Shown in pieces: positions 18,405 through 29,149 of a DNA stretch of 64,000 bases. The stretch lies in contig PAAW01000025.1 of the NCBI GenBank assembly GCA_002699515.1, positions 29,000 to 92,999 of the forward strand. Reading direction: 5' to 3'. A model generated the notes under the pieces. It was not told the DNA's origin and did no database searches. It saw nothing but the letters and a program-made list of their open reading frames with translations. Each line of letters begins with the position of its first letter. Position 1 is the stretch's first letter. The DNA is from Methanobacteriota archaeon (GTDB lineage: Archaea; Thermoplasmatota; Poseidoniia; Poseidoniales; Poseidoniaceae). The position numbers and the translations under genes were made by a program.

Positions 18405-19162
18405 CAACTTCTACCTGTGATTTTTCTCCAAATCATTTTTATTGGATCATAGTAACGGTCAACAACTCTTTCTTTAAGTGGAATTATCGCATCATCAGTG
18501 ATATTTATCCCAGCAGGACAAACTTCAGTACAACATCTTGTAATATTACAATATTCTACACCAAAATTGTTTTTTATTTCTGGAATTCGATCTTCTTTGT
18601 CTAGTGGATGCATTTCAAATTGTGCTAATCTTACTAGGGTTCTAGGTCCTGCAAAATTTTCAAATAAGTCATGATCACGTAATACATGACAAGTATTCGA
18701 ACATAAAAAGCATTCAATACATTCTCTGAAATGTTGAACTCTATCAGCTTCTCTTTGATTAAATTCCCAATTTTTTTCCTCAGGCCCATTTATTGGTTTA
18801 ATTTTTTGAGCAACCTCATAATTCCATGATACGTCAGTCACAAGATCTTTGATTAATGGGAATGATTTCATTGGTCTAATTTCAATAGGTTTGTTTTCGG
18901 GTGTTTCTGCAACAACATCATTCATCCGAGTCATACACATTAATTTTGGTTTTCCATTAATCTCTGCAGAACAAGAGCCACATTTCCCTGCTTTACAATT
19001 CCAACGAACTGATAAATCAGGTTGCTGTTCGTGTTGAATTCGATGTACGCAATCAAGAACAACCATTCCCTCATCTAATTCAATTTCAAAATCCTCCATT
19101 GATGAATTTTCAGAATCACCTCTATGAATTCTAAATGATTGTTTTTTACCTTTAAGGGACAT
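18404..19162 (-). CDS. sdhB: Succinate dehydrogenase/fumarate reductase Fe-S subunit
   Basis: CKAGKCGSC...C, CIECFLCSNTC, CNITRCCTEVCP. Confidence 0.95.
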   Translation of the reverse strand: MSLKGKKQSFRIHRGDSENSSMEDFEIELDEGMVVLDCVHRIQHEQQPDLSVRWNCKAGKCGSCSAEINGKPKLMCMTRMNDVVAETPENKPIEIRPMKSFPLIKDLVTDVSWNYEVAQKIKPINGPEEKNWEFNQREADRVQHFRECIECFLCSNTCHVLRDHDLFENFAGPRTLVRLAQFEMHPLDKEDRIPEIKNNFGVEYCNITRCCTEVCPAGINITDDAIIPLKERVVDRYYDPIKMIWRKITGRS

Positions 19163-21018
19163 TATTCATCACTTCCTTGTTCAGCAGCCCTTTCTGCTAT
19201 CATTGCCTTAACTTCTTTAATTGTCTCTTTTAAGTCATCTCTCATTTCTTCTTTTTCTTCTTGTTTGATTTTAACTTCTCCATCATCCATCCAAATAACA
19301 TTCAATGTTTGTCCCCAATAGTCGTCATCAGGAGTAGGGAAATCATCTCTCGTATGTCCACCTCTACTTTCTTCACGAGTTAAAGCAGCTAAAGTAGCAG
19401 CTTTGGAAACTATAATCATATTAATCAAATCTAGTGCTTGATGCCATCCAGAATTATATTTACGTGAAGTACCAGAAAATGTACTTTTTTGCCTTTCTTC
19501 AAACTCTTCTAATTTTGTTAATGCAGAAATCATTTCTTCTTTTGTACGAATAATTCCTACATTTTCTTGCATCATGTCTCTTAATTCATCATAAATTTTT
19601 CCAGGATTCTCTCCCTCTTTTTTCATTAATGGTGCTAGAATCTTATTTGCTGCTTTTTGAATTTCATTTTCATCAATTTTTGGTTGCTCTCTCTCTTTTG
19701 CATTTTCAGATGCAAATTCCCCTGCTCTTTTACCAAATACAATCAAGTCTGAAAGAGAATTACCTCCGAGCCTATTTGCCCCATGTAGGCCTGATGCAAC
19801 TTCTCCACATGCAAATAATCCAGGTACACAACTTTCTTGTGTTTTTGCATTAACTCTAATGCCTCCCATGACGTAATGTGCTGTTGGTCCTACTTCCATA
19901 GGTTCTTTAGAAATATCAACACCTGCTAACTCTTTAAATTGATGATGCATTGAGGGTAATTTCTTTAAAATTGCTTCTTCACCTCTGTGTGAGATATCTA
20001 AGAAAGCACCACCATGAGGTGAACCTCTTCCCGCCTTAACTTCAGAATTAATGGCTTTTGCAACAACATCTCTTGTTAATAATTCGGGAGGCCTTCTTAC
20101 TGTTGCTAATTTTCCAGACACTACTTCTTCAACCCATTGATTTGACTCTTCAATTGTTTCGGCATGATCACCTGCAAACATTTCTGGAACATAATTGAAC
20201 ATAAACCGTTCATTTTCTGAATTTAAAAGCCTTCCACCTTCTCCACGAACACCTTCTGTAACTAGAATTCCTCTAACTGATGGTGGCCAAACCATCCCAG
20301 TTGGATGAAATTGTACAAATTCCATATCTCTTAATTCAGCACCAGCTTTCAATGCCAATGCATGCCCATCTCCTGTATATTCCCATGACCCAGAACAAAC
20401 ACTCCAACATCTTGTAATTCCTCCAGTTGCAAGAATTATTGATTTAGCAGAGAATGAATGAATTTCTCCATCTACTCTATTGTATCCAATGCAACCAATA
20501 CATTCACCCTCATTATTTTTGAATAAATCAGTTACCGTATATTCCATGAAAATATCTATTCCAGAATGAATTCCTTTTTCTTGTAATGTTCTAATTATCT
20601 CTAAACCAGTAGAATCTCCAACATGAGCTAATCTTGGGAACGTATGTCCTCCAAAATTTCTTTGATTAATCAAATTAGTTTTGGTCCTGTCAAATACTGC
20701 TCCCCATTGTTCGAGTTCTCTAACACGTTCAGGTGCTTCTTTGGCATGGAACTCTGCCATTTTCCAATCTGCTAACCACTTGCTACCTTTCATAGTATCA
20801 TGGAAATGTACTTTCCAATTATCTCTAGGATCTGCATTTTGCAAAGCAGCAGCACAACCACCTTCGGCCATAACTGTATGTGCTTTACCGAGTAAAGATT
20901 TAGAAATTATTGCAGTTTTCACTCCACATCTTGCAGATTCTATTGCCGCTCTTAAACCAGCACCTCCAGCCCCAATAACAATTACATCAAATTCATGGTG
21001 TGTATATTCAATTGACAT
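19162..21018 (-). CDS. sdhA: Succinate dehydrogenase/fumarate reductase flavoprotein subunit
   Basis: IGAGGAG, AHTVMAEGG (FAD-linked His), QFHPTG, TEGVRGEGG, HYVMGG, HGANRLGGNSL, REESRGGH. Confidence 0.96.
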   Translation of the reverse strand: MSIEYTHHEFDVIVIGAGGAGLRAAIESARCGVKTAIISKSLLGKAHTVMAEGGCAAALQNADPRDNWKVHFHDTMKGSKWLADWKMAEFHAKEAPERVRELEQWGAVFDRTKTNLINQRNFGGHTFPRLAHVGDSTGLEIIRTLQEKGIHSGIDIFMEYTVTDLFKNNEGECIGCIGYNRVDGEIHSFSAKSIILATGGITRCWSVCSGSWEYTGDGHALALKAGAELRDMEFVQFHPTGMVWPPSVRGILVTEGVRGEGGRLLNSENERFMFNYVPEMFAGDHAETIEESNQWVEEVVSGKLATVRRPPELLTRDVVAKAINSEVKAGRGSPHGGAFLDISHRGEEAILKKLPSMHHQFKELAGVDISKEPMEVGPTAHYVMGGIRVNAKTQESCVPGLFACGEVASGLHGANRLGGNSLSDLIVFGKRAGEFASENAKEREQPKIDENEIQKAANKILAPLMKKEGENPGKIYDELRDMMQENVGIIRTKEEMISALTKLEEFEERQKSTFSGTSRKYNSGWHQALDLINMIIVSKAATLAALTREESRGGHTRDDFPTPDDDYWGQTLNVIWMDDGEVKIKQEEKEEMRDDLKETIKEVKAMIAERAAEQGSDE

Positions 21019-21027
21019 TTTTCTCCC

Positions 21028-21840
21028 TCATATTACAAATATTGCTACATCACTAAGATATCCTTTATTAACTGCTAAAACCCATAAGTCACCTAAGAAG
21101 ACAAATATGAGTGAGGACCAAAACCAAAATCCATGTGAACGATTAATAATACTGATTTTTCTAAACATTTCCCCTCTTAATTTACTAATTCCAGAAACCC
21201 ATCTATCAAGAACTCCTCCTGCTAAATGTCTTAATGCATGACATGATGTCACATACATTGTTAATAGAAATGCTTCAAAGGCCATAACTAGAGTTCCAAT
21301 AGAGATTCCAAAGCCATCATTAAAATGCATTGTATGAGTTACATCCCACCACTTGATCAAAAGAATAATTATTGCCGCATATAGGAAGTATCTATGTAAA
21401 TTATTAATTATAAATAACATTTTTTCTCCCTTATATCCTAATGATTTGTTAATCTGGGGTTCATCAACCCAGCAGGCTGCTGGGCTTGCGAAAAATGACC
21501 TATAATACACTCTTCGCATGTAATAACATGTACCTCTGAATCCGAATGGAATCCAAATAATTAGAATTGCAGCATTAATCCAATTTGGTGCAGTTTTAGC
21601 CCACTCATTTAGGTTAAATAATTCCCATTCTAGAATATTTGGAGAAAATAATGGAGAAACAACAGTATTTCCATTTAAGTGATATGAGATGTCTAAATCA
21701 TAAATAAATAATCTCCAAAATGTGTAAATTAATGTAATTGTTAATCCAATGCCCATGATTAACGGTTGACTCCACCAATTGTCAATACGATTTGTTTTAC
21801 CTAATCCATTGAGAACTGGAAGTTTGAAACCTTCGCCCAT
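21028..21840 (-). CDS. Succinate dehydrogenase membrane anchor, mycobacterial Sdh1 (Rv0249c/SdhF)-like
   Basis: FRGTCYYMRRVYYRSF, PAAC, NLHRYFLY, SCHALRHL.GG, H.FWFWSSL...DLW; ATG 21840 has SD GAGGTG. Confidence 0.85.
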   Translation of the reverse strand: MGEGFKLPVLNGLGKTNRIDNWWSQPLIMGIGLTITLIYTFWRLFIYDLDISYHLNGNTVVSPLFSPNILEWELFNLNEWAKTAPNWINAAILIIWIPFGFRGTCYYMRRVYYRSFFASPAACWVDEPQINKSLGYKGEKMLFIINNLHRYFLYAAIIILLIKWWDVTHTMHFNDGFGISIGTLVMAFEAFLLTMYVTSCHALRHLAGGVLDRWVSGISKLRGEMFRKISIINRSHGFWFWSSLIFVFLGDLWVLAVNKGYLSDVAIFVI

Positions 21841-21855
21841 GAAAATTACCACCTC

Positions 21856-21871
21856 TCCCACTACGGTGGGA
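21856..21871 (-). promoter_or_regulatory. 5' leader hairpin abutting the sdh Shine-Dalgarno site
   Basis: Minus strand TCCCAC-CGTA-GTGGGA followed by GAGGTG; TATA-like ATTAAG about 25 nt upstream. Confidence 0.4.
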
Positions 21872-21918
21872 ATGAACTAGCGAGTAGGCTTGGGGTCTTA
21901 ATGACTATTCGTAAAAAG

Positions 21919-23547
21919 TTATGCAAGTTGTGTCCAATCAACTTCTTCTTCAGACATTTCAATTTCATCTACATCCATTTGTGCCAATTGTAATTTACCA
22001 CTTAATTCATCATTTACAGCATGCCAATAAGAATATGCTTCGATAACCCAAATACCTGACTCCCTTGTGCCATTTCCAGAGTTTTTGACTCCTCCGAAAG
22101 GTAAATGTGCTTCAGCACCAGTTGTTGAATTATTTATGCTTGTCATTCCTGCTTTAATTTCATTTTTGAATCTATAAGCTTCAAGTCTATCGTTCGTGTA
22201 AATTGCACTTGAAAGGCCATATGGAGAAGCATTAGCTAAATGCAAAGCATGATCAAAATCCTTTGCTTTTACAATAGTTACTGCAGGACCAAAAATTTCT
22301 TCATAGAAGCATTCCATTTCTTCGGTTACATCAACGTATACATGTGGCCACATGTAAACACCTTTAGAAGCATCTCCTTGGAATTTTTTAGGACTAGAAT
22401 CATTCGTAATCCTACCTTCTCCAAATAACTTCTTTGCACCGTCTTTTTCAACTATTTTCAAAGTATCAATGAAATCAGAAGCATATTTTTCTGAAAGCAT
22501 AGGTCCATAAATCACACCTTCATATTTAGAAGAATCTCCTATGGGTGTAGAAATTACTTTTTCCATGAATTTTTCCATAAAATCATCATAAATCTCTTCG
22601 TGAATTATTAAATTCCCTAAGCTAGTACAGCGTTGACCCGCAGTACCAAAACCAGCCCAATATGCACCTTGAACAGCATTTTCCATATCTGCTGAAGGCA
22701 TTACCACTAATGGGTTTTTTCCTCCAAGTTCTAAAGAACAAGAAACTAAATTCCTTCCACAAACCTCTCCAATTTTTTTACCAACTTCTGTACTTCCAGT
22801 GAAACTAATTTTGTTTATTTTTCCTTCATCAACTGCATCGATAATGTGCTGTCCCGCCCCACTTCCTTTTCCATGAACTAAATTTATCACTCCATTAGGT
22901 AAACCAGCTTGATGCATAATTCTAGCAAGTGCAAAAGACAATAACGGAGCATCTTGAGGTGATTTCCAAACACATGTGTTTCCACACATTATTGCTGGAA
23001 TCATTTTCCAAAAGGGAACTGCAGCAGGAAAATTACAAGCATTGATAATTCCACAAACTCCCAATGGTCTTCTATAGGTGAATAGTTCTTTATTAGGAAG
23101 TTCTGAATTTACTGTTTGTCCATAAAGTCTCCTTCCTTCCGATTGAAAAAATAAACAAGTATCTATTGCTTCTTGAACAGATCCTGCACTTTCTTTCAAT
23201 GTCTTACCTATTTCTCTAGTTTCTAATGCAACAATTGCATCTTTATGTTCCATTAACAATCTACCCATATTTCCAATAATTTGTCCTCTAGTTGGTGCTG
23301 GCGTGTTTGACCATTTCAAAAAAGCAGTTCTAGCTGCATCAATTGCCTCATTAACATCTTCTTTTGTCGATAGTGGAAAAACCCCTAAACAGTCATTTTT
23401 ATTTGCAGGATTCATACTTTTGAAAGTTTTTTCATCACTTGCAACTTTTAATTGACCATTTATGATGTTATATCCTTTTACACAAGGTAAATCGTTTTCA
23501 TTATCAGATTTCATAAAGTCTAAGCCGGTTTCAAGTACTGCGGGCAT
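21919..23547 (-). CDS. Aldehyde dehydrogenase (semialdehyde-dehydrogenase-like)
   Basis: ACNFP, FTGSTEVG, LELGGKNP, TAGQRCT, EEIFGP, GAEAHLPFGG; ATG 23547 has GGAGG SD. Confidence 0.93.
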   Translation of the reverse strand: MPAVLETGLDFMKSDNENDLPCVKGYNIINGQLKVASDEKTFKSMNPANKNDCLGVFPLSTKEDVNEAIDAARTAFLKWSNTPAPTRGQIIGNMGRLLMEHKDAIVALETREIGKTLKESAGSVQEAIDTCLFFQSEGRRLYGQTVNSELPNKELFTYRRPLGVCGIINACNFPAAVPFWKMIPAIMCGNTCVWKSPQDAPLLSFALARIMHQAGLPNGVINLVHGKGSGAGQHIIDAVDEGKINKISFTGSTEVGKKIGEVCGRNLVSCSLELGGKNPLVVMPSADMENAVQGAYWAGFGTAGQRCTSLGNLIIHEEIYDDFMEKFMEKVISTPIGDSSKYEGVIYGPMLSEKYASDFIDTLKIVEKDGAKKLFGEGRITNDSSPKKFQGDASKGVYMWPHVYVDVTEEMECFYEEIFGPAVTIVKAKDFDHALHLANASPYGLSSAIYTNDRLEAYRFKNEIKAGMTSINNSTTGAEAHLPFGGVKNSGNGTRESGIWVIEAYSYWHAVNDELSGKLQLAQMDVDEIEMSEEEVDWTQLA

Positions 23548-23656
23548 AGGTCCTCCGAAACAACTCACTATGATGAACTTGATGCACTTCAGGCATTAAG
23601 AAAACAGTGGGTTTAAGGATTCCCTAAATTTAACGAGACATGTCGGAGAGAGTTGT

Positions 23657-25906
23657 ATGGCTGCTAAAGGTTCGGATACATTACAATTAAGAATTGCTAA
23701 AGCAATACCTAGTGATGTAGGTTTTGGAAGGGCAAGAATATCAAGTGATAATGAACTTGGATTAAAACCAGGAGATATTATAGAGATTAAAGGAGAAAAT
23801 GGATTAACAGCAGCAACATATTGGAGAAGTCGGCCAGAAGATAGTAAAATGGACATCGTAAGAATTGATGGAATTATTAGGAAAAATGCAGGAGTATCAT
23901 TAGGAGACAAGGTAGAAATAAGAAAAGTAGAAGTTGTGCCTTGTAAAAAGTTAGTATTATCTCCCGTGATGGTAAATAAGCCAAATAAAAAACCCTCTGC
24001 AATGCAATTTGGACCAAATATAGAGGGCTTTGCTAGAAGAGGTTTGAATAAAAGACCTATTGTTGCAGGAGATAGAATCTTTATCCCAGGAATTACATTA
24101 TTTGCTGAAACATTACCTTTTGCAGTGAGATCTACAACACCCAAAGGGATAGTACAAGTGTTACCAGAAACTGAAATAGTAATCAAAGAAGAACAATTTG
24201 ATGAGGAATCCTCGGCAGATTCGGAAGGGATTACTTACGAAGATATTGGAGGTATTGGTAATCAATTACAAAAAGTACGAGAGATGATTGAACTCCCCTT
24301 AAAGCATCCAGAGTTATTTCGAAGATTAGGAATAAGCCCACCTAAGGGGGTATTATTACACGGCCCTCCAGGGACAGGAAAAACAATGATTGCAAAAGCG
24401 GTTGCAACAGAAACAAATGCACATTTCAAATCAATCAATGGTCCTGAAATAATTAGTAAATATTATGGTGAATCTGAAAAACAACTTAGAGAAATATTTG
24501 ATGATGCTGCTGAAAATTCACCAGCAATTGTATTTATAGATGAATTAGATAGTATAGCCCCAAAACGTGAAGATGTTACAGGTGAAGTTGAAAGAAGAGT
24601 CGTGGCTCAATTGTTAACTTTAATGGATGGAATGCAAGGACGGGATAATGTTGTTGTTATTGGTGCAACTAATAGAAGAGATGCAATAGATCCTGCACTA
24701 AGAAGGCCTGGAAGATTTGATAGAGAAATTGAAGTAGGAGTTCCAGATAGAAATGGTCGGGCTGAAATTGTAGATGTACATACAAGAGGAATGCCATTAA
24801 GTGATGATTTTGACATAGAATGGATTTTAGAAAATACTTATGGTTTTGTAGGTGCAGATGTTTCAGCATTAGTTAGAGAAGCCGCAATGAAGGCATTAAG
24901 AAGATATCTTCCAGAAATTGATTTAGATGCAGAAGTTATTCCGCCCGAAGTTTTAGAAAAAATGGAAGTGATAATGGAAGATTTCAAGTTAGCTATTAGA
25001 GAAGTTGAACCTAGTGCACTTCGTGAAATTTATGTTGAAGTACCAGAAACAGGATGGGATCAAGTTGGTGGTTTAGATGAAATTAAAAATAGGTTAAAGG
25101 AAAGTGTGGAATGGCCTTTAACAAAACCAGAATTGTTTGAACATTTTGGAATTAAACCCCCTAGAGGGATTGTATTATTTGGAGCACCTGGGACTGGAAA
25201 AACATTATTGGCTAAAGCAATAGCAAATGAAGCCAAGGCAAATTTTATTTCTATTAAAGGACCTGAAATGATTAGTAAATGGGTAGGAGAATCAGAACGG
25301 GGAATTAGAGAGATTTTTAAGAAAGCAAAACAGGCATCACCATCCATAATTTTCTTAGATGAATTTGAAAGTATTGCTAATGCAAGGTCTTCTTCAGGGA
25401 TGGATGGAGGAAGTTCTCAATCTGGAAATAGAGTTGTAAACCAATTATTAGCAAGCATGGATGGTATTGAATCTTTAGATGGAGTAATTGTTGTTGCAGC
25501 AACGAATAGGCCTGAGATGATAGATCCTGCATTAATTCGTAGTGGTAGGTTCGAAAGAGTGTTACATGTTCCACCTCCAGATTCAAAAGCAATTAAGGAG
25601 ATATTCTCGATTCATACACAGGGTATGCCTTTAGGAAAGTTCAATTTGTCAGATATTTCAAAGAAAATGAGTGGATATACGGGAGCAGATGTAGAATCTG
25701 TATGTAGGGAAGCAGCCCTAACTGCTATGAGGGAATCTAAGAAAACTGTTACAAAGAAACATTTTGAAACAGCATTGGGTATGGTAAGGCCTACTGTTAA
25801 TGATGACATGTTAGAATATTATAAGAAAATGGAATCTTTACTAGTTAGTGGATTATCCACAGTTCGTAGAGGAAAGGATACTCAAAGAGGTATGGAATCA
25901 GTCTGA
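23657..25906 (+). CDS. cdc48: CDC48/VCP-family AAA+ ATPase (VAT)
   Basis: N-domain plus two AAA modules: [25 protein letters not shown] and [14 protein letters not shown]. Confidence 0.96.
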   Translation: MAAKGSDTLQLRIAKAIPSDVGFGRARISSDNELGLKPGDIIEIKGENGLTAATYWRSRPEDSKMDIVRIDGIIRKNAGVSLGDKVEIRKVEVVPCKKLVLSPVMVNKPNKKPSAMQFGPNIEGFARRGLNKRPIVAGDRIFIPGITLFAETLPFAVRSTTPKGIVQVLPETEIVIKEEQFDEESSADSEGITYEDIGGIGNQLQKVREMIELPLKHPELFRRLGISPPKGVLLHGPPGTGKTMIAKAVATETNAHFKSINGPEIISKYYGESEKQLREIFDDAAENSPAIVFIDELDSIAPKREDVTGEVERRVVAQLLTLMDGMQGRDNVVVIGATNRRDAIDPALRRPGRFDREIEVGVPDRNGRAEIVDVHTRGMPLSDDFDIEWILENTYGFVGADVSALVREAAMKALRRYLPEIDLDAEVIPPEVLEKMEVIMEDFKLAIREVEPSALREIYVEVPETGWDQVGGLDEIKNRLKESVEWPLTKPELFEHFGIKPPRGIVLFGAPGTGKTLLAKAIANEAKANFISIKGPEMISKWVGESERGIREIFKKAKQASPSIIFLDEFESIANARSSSGMDGGSSQSGNRVVNQLLASMDGIESLDGVIVVAATNRPEMIDPALIRSGRFERVLHVPPPDSKAIKEIFSIHTQGMPLGKFNLSDISKKMSGYTGADVESVCREAALTAMRESKKTVTKKHFETALGMVRPTVNDDMLEYYKKMESLLVSGLSTVRRGKDTQRGMESV

Positions 25907-25916
25907 GGTGAGATAA

Positions 25917-26162
25917 ATTAGCATTACTGTTTTTGGATATGAAATTGTAGGTAGAGATGTTTACGATAGAGGTGAAGAATTATTGGGAAATGTTACAGAA
26001 GTACATATTAATTATAGTAATGGAAATGTGGAGTTTATTTGTGTAAAATTGGCAAATGGTATTAATTCAGACAAATTACCTTGGAATGTAATGGATGATG
26101 TTGTACAGGTTCCTCCAAGTGAAATAGATAGGATAGAAGGCTCAATTTATCTAAGAAGATAG
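25917..26162 (+). CDS. PRC-barrel domain protein (81 aa, apparent ATT start; absent from ORF track)
   Basis: Translates as ISITVFGYEIVGRDVYDRGEELLGNVTEVHINYSNGNVEFICVKLANGINSDKLPWNVMDDVVQVPPSEIDRIEGSIYLRR*; PRC pattern GxxVxxxxGxxLGxVxxv; SD GAGGTGA overlaps the cdc48 stop. Confidence 0.8.
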   Translation: MSITVFGYEIVGRDVYDRGEELLGNVTEVHINYSNGNVEFICVKLANGINSDKLPWNVMDDVVQVPPSEIDRIEGSIYLRR

Positions 26163-26229
26163 TCTAATCACGACCCAGTAAGCGTATTAAGGCAGTCAAT
26201 ACCGTCGCTCCGTTAGCGCTTGTCGCTGG

Positions 26230-27879
26230 GTGTTAGTGTTGGCCAAAAAGAAATTTAGAAAAATTCAACGCCGTGCCCTTATTTCTAGTTTTTATGTGGC
26301 GTTATTATTTCTTGTGTGGCTTTTACTTTCAAGTTATATTAATTTAGGAAATACAAAACAATTATCTGCATATGATGATGATTGGGATGATATTTCAGAT
26401 TTTAGAAAAGAGGTCTCTAATTTAGGTATTGATACTAAAAGTTTAGTTTCAAGTCCATTGTTGTTAAATGAAATTGAGAATCCTACGAATATTACATTTG
26501 TAATTAGTGGGGTCGAGAAAGACACATTTTCATTACCTTCTATAGGTTCAGATTCAGGGTTAATTAGTTTCAGTGAACCAGAAGGTTACAGTGGTTCTGA
26601 AATTTCCGCAATTACTAGTTTTGTAACTAGGGGTGGAACTGTAATTGTTTTAGATGATTTTGGTTATTCTGGCGGAATTGCTGACGAAGTAGGAATTAGT
26701 TATAGTAACCATAGATTATATGATGATGAATATGCTGTAGAATTAGATTATAATTATGTGTGGATGAATATAAGTCAAAATCATACAGATTGGGATGACT
26801 CAGAACAATTTCATATCGGGCATTCAAGATGGCACCAGGGAACAGATCCAACAGGCACTGGGATGCACCCTTGTTCTAGATGGTCTGAAAGTGAAATAAT
26901 TTTTGCTACCAAAGAAGAAGCAGGTTTGTGTGCTCACCATTATAATTCAACAAGTAAAATGATTGATTATAGTCCAGATTATAATTTATTATTAAATGCT
27001 CCTTCGGCCTTTGAATCAATTGAGTTTTCAGGTGATTTCTCATATTATGAAGCAGTAGGACGTTCAAGCCCCCAATCATATTTAGATTTAAATGATGATG
27101 GAAAGGTAACTCTTGAAACGGAAACAGCACAATCAGAAGCAGATGCCCAAGGTCCATTTGATGTTTATATTGAAACATGTGATTCGTCAGATTGTGCAGA
27201 TTCCCGAGGAGGTAGAATTTATTTTATCAGTGACGGGAGTGTATTGATTAATGCAATTTATAATTTTGATTCTGCCAATTCAGGAGAATATGATGAGGAT
27301 GGGAAATCTATTGCAAATATACCTGAAAATGATAATAGGAAATGGGTTTTAGATGTAATTGCTGAATCCGCATTAACTGCAAATAATTTTACAAATAAAG
27401 ATGCAATTTTTGCAAGTGGAGATGCTATGGTGATTTTTGATGAAAGTAGACATAGTCAAAATGTATTATTTACAGATGCATATAATTTAATTTACTTTTT
27501 ATTAGTATATTTGACGGGAGACGGAATTGGTATGTTATTACTATTTATTTTATTGTTTTTAGCATTTGAAGCAGTTTTGATTAAAAAAACAGATCCCGAA
27601 CCATGGAGGCATATTTTTAACATAATATATTATGGATTTGGTGACGCAAAAAGATATGGGTATTATACAAGAACTAATAAAATAAAGCAAGTCTTTTTAT
27701 CAAGAGTTAGAAATCTAAATGCATTGTCAAGGGAAGAATTTGATAGAATGCCAGCTCAACAATTACAAGAATTAATACAAGACCCTCAATTAATCAAATT
27801 TGTTTTTGAGAATAAGAAATATGATTTAGAACAAACAGTTGCGATAGTTAAACGAATTAAAGCGTGGCAAAAGAGTTGA
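26230..27879 (+). CDS. DUF4350-like membrane-anchored protein
   Basis: N-terminal TM, QLSAYDDDWDDISDFR, FVTRGGTVIVLDDFG, GRIYFISDGSVLIN, VIFDESRH, C-terminal TM; upstream of a DUF58 gene. Confidence 0.75.
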   Translation: MLVLAKKKFRKIQRRALISSFYVALLFLVWLLLSSYINLGNTKQLSAYDDDWDDISDFRKEVSNLGIDTKSLVSSPLLLNEIENPTNITFVISGVEKDTFSLPSIGSDSGLISFSEPEGYSGSEISAITSFVTRGGTVIVLDDFGYSGGIADEVGISYSNHRLYDDEYAVELDYNYVWMNISQNHTDWDDSEQFHIGHSRWHQGTDPTGTGMHPCSRWSESEIIFATKEEAGLCAHHYNSTSKMIDYSPDYNLLLNAPSAFESIEFSGDFSYYEAVGRSSPQSYLDLNDDGKVTLETETAQSEADAQGPFDVYIETCDSSDCADSRGGRIYFISDGSVLINAIYNFDSANSGEYDEDGKSIANIPENDNRKWVLDVIAESALTANNFTNKDAIFASGDAMVIFDESRHSQNVLFTDAYNLIYFLLVYLTGDGIGMLLLFILLFLAFEAVLIKKTDPEPWRHIFNIIYYGFGDAKRYGYYTRTNKIKQVFLSRVRNLNALSREEFDRMPAQQLQELIQDPQLIKFVFENKKYDLEQTVAIVKRIKAWQKS

Positions 27880-29138
27880 TAGAGATGTGGACAAGGAAAG
27901 CAGCATTTAGCATTACTGGAGGTATTTCTCTTGTATTAATCGGAATGATGATTTCTAATTTTCAGTTAATGGTAATAGGATTAACATTTGTTGCATTTAC
28001 AGTATTAAATGGATGGATTAAAGGGCATGGAAATGTTGAAGTTCAAAGAATTCTATCTGCAGATAATTTGTATAAAGGTGATGACTTATTTGTAGAATTA
28101 AGAATTACTAATCGTTCTATGAGGCGTACACAGCAATTAGAAATTTATGATAATGTGCCACATGAGATGAAGTTAAGAAGTGGTTTAAATTACATGAGAG
28201 TTAATTTAGGTCCAGGACAGAGTACAAGGATAAGATATTCATTGAGATGTCCATTAAGAGGACACTATTCAATAGGTCCAATCAGTATTCGATTTAGGAA
28301 TACATTCAATTTATTTGCACAAGAAATGTTTGTTAGTCATCATAGTGACTTAATTGTATTTCCACAAGTTAAAGATGTCGAAGAGGCATTTATACGTAGT
28401 AGAACTCCTAAAATGTATACAGGTGCTTCAACATTAAGAACTCCAGGTCCAGGTTCTGAATTTTATAGTCTTAGGGAATATGTGACAGGAGATCCGTTCA
28501 AAAATATTAACTGGAAGGCTTTTGCTAGAACTGGAGAACTAATGGTAAATGAAAAGTGTCGTGATGCTGTAACAGACCTATTTATAATCTTAGATAGTAG
28601 AGATATTAGTAGAATTGGAACGGTTCTAAAGAATCCACTTGAAATGGGGGCAGTTGCTGCAGCATCTTTAGCAGCATTCTTCATCAAAAGAAGAGATAGT
28701 GTTGCTCTTGCAATTTATGATGATGGAGTCTCATATCTTCCTGCAGATACAGGAGATAAACAATATTTCAAAATTCTTAGCAGTTTAGCTGGAGTAGTAC
28801 CTAAAGGAAAAATGCCTCTTCAGGCGGTTACAAACTCACTTGCACCGAGATTTAGTAGAGGTTCCCCCGTGTTTATTATTAGTAGTATTGAGGGAGATGG
28901 AACAGTCCCTAATGCAGTACGTGATTTAGTTGGAAGAGGCCATGAGGTTACTATATTATCTCCTTCAAGTCTTGACTTTGAAAGATTGGTAAGTAGAATA
29001 CCTCGAATGAGTTATGAAGTTTTAAAACTTGAAAGACAAAATAGGTTAACAGGCTTAGCAGGTTTTGGAGCATCCGTAATTGATTGGATGCCAGATGTAG
29101 AATTATCACAAGCATTATTGCAGGTGAAGGATATTTGA
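27864..29138 (+). CDS. DUF58/VWA-domain protein (MoxR-associated family)
   Basis: GPGSEFYSLREYVTGDPFKNINWKAFARTGELMVNE followed by IILDS; two N-terminal TMs and an Ig-like segment. Confidence 0.9.
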   Translation: MAKELIEMWTRKAAFSITGGISLVLIGMMISNFQLMVIGLTFVAFTVLNGWIKGHGNVEVQRILSADNLYKGDDLFVELRITNRSMRRTQQLEIYDNVPHEMKLRSGLNYMRVNLGPGQSTRIRYSLRCPLRGHYSIGPISIRFRNTFNLFAQEMFVSHHSDLIVFPQVKDVEEAFIRSRTPKMYTGASTLRTPGPGSEFYSLREYVTGDPFKNINWKAFARTGELMVNEKCRDAVTDLFIILDSRDISRIGTVLKNPLEMGAVAAASLAAFFIKRRDSVALAIYDDGVSYLPADTGDKQYFKILSSLAGVVPKGKMPLQAVTNSLAPRFSRGSPVFIISSIEGDGTVPNAVRDLVGRGHEVTILSPSSLDFERLVSRIPRMSYEVLKLERQNRLTGLAGFGASVIDWMPDVELSQALLQVKDI

Positions 29139-29149
29139 GGTGAGAAATA

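Noticed and set aside
20681..21241. 186-aa plus-strand ORF, and similar long antisense ORFs (23596-24186, 30735-31106, 42258-42707, 45259-45645, 57843-58202)
   Set aside because: They lie antisense to well-supported genes, have Ser/Ile/Phe-rich shadow composition and show no motifs.
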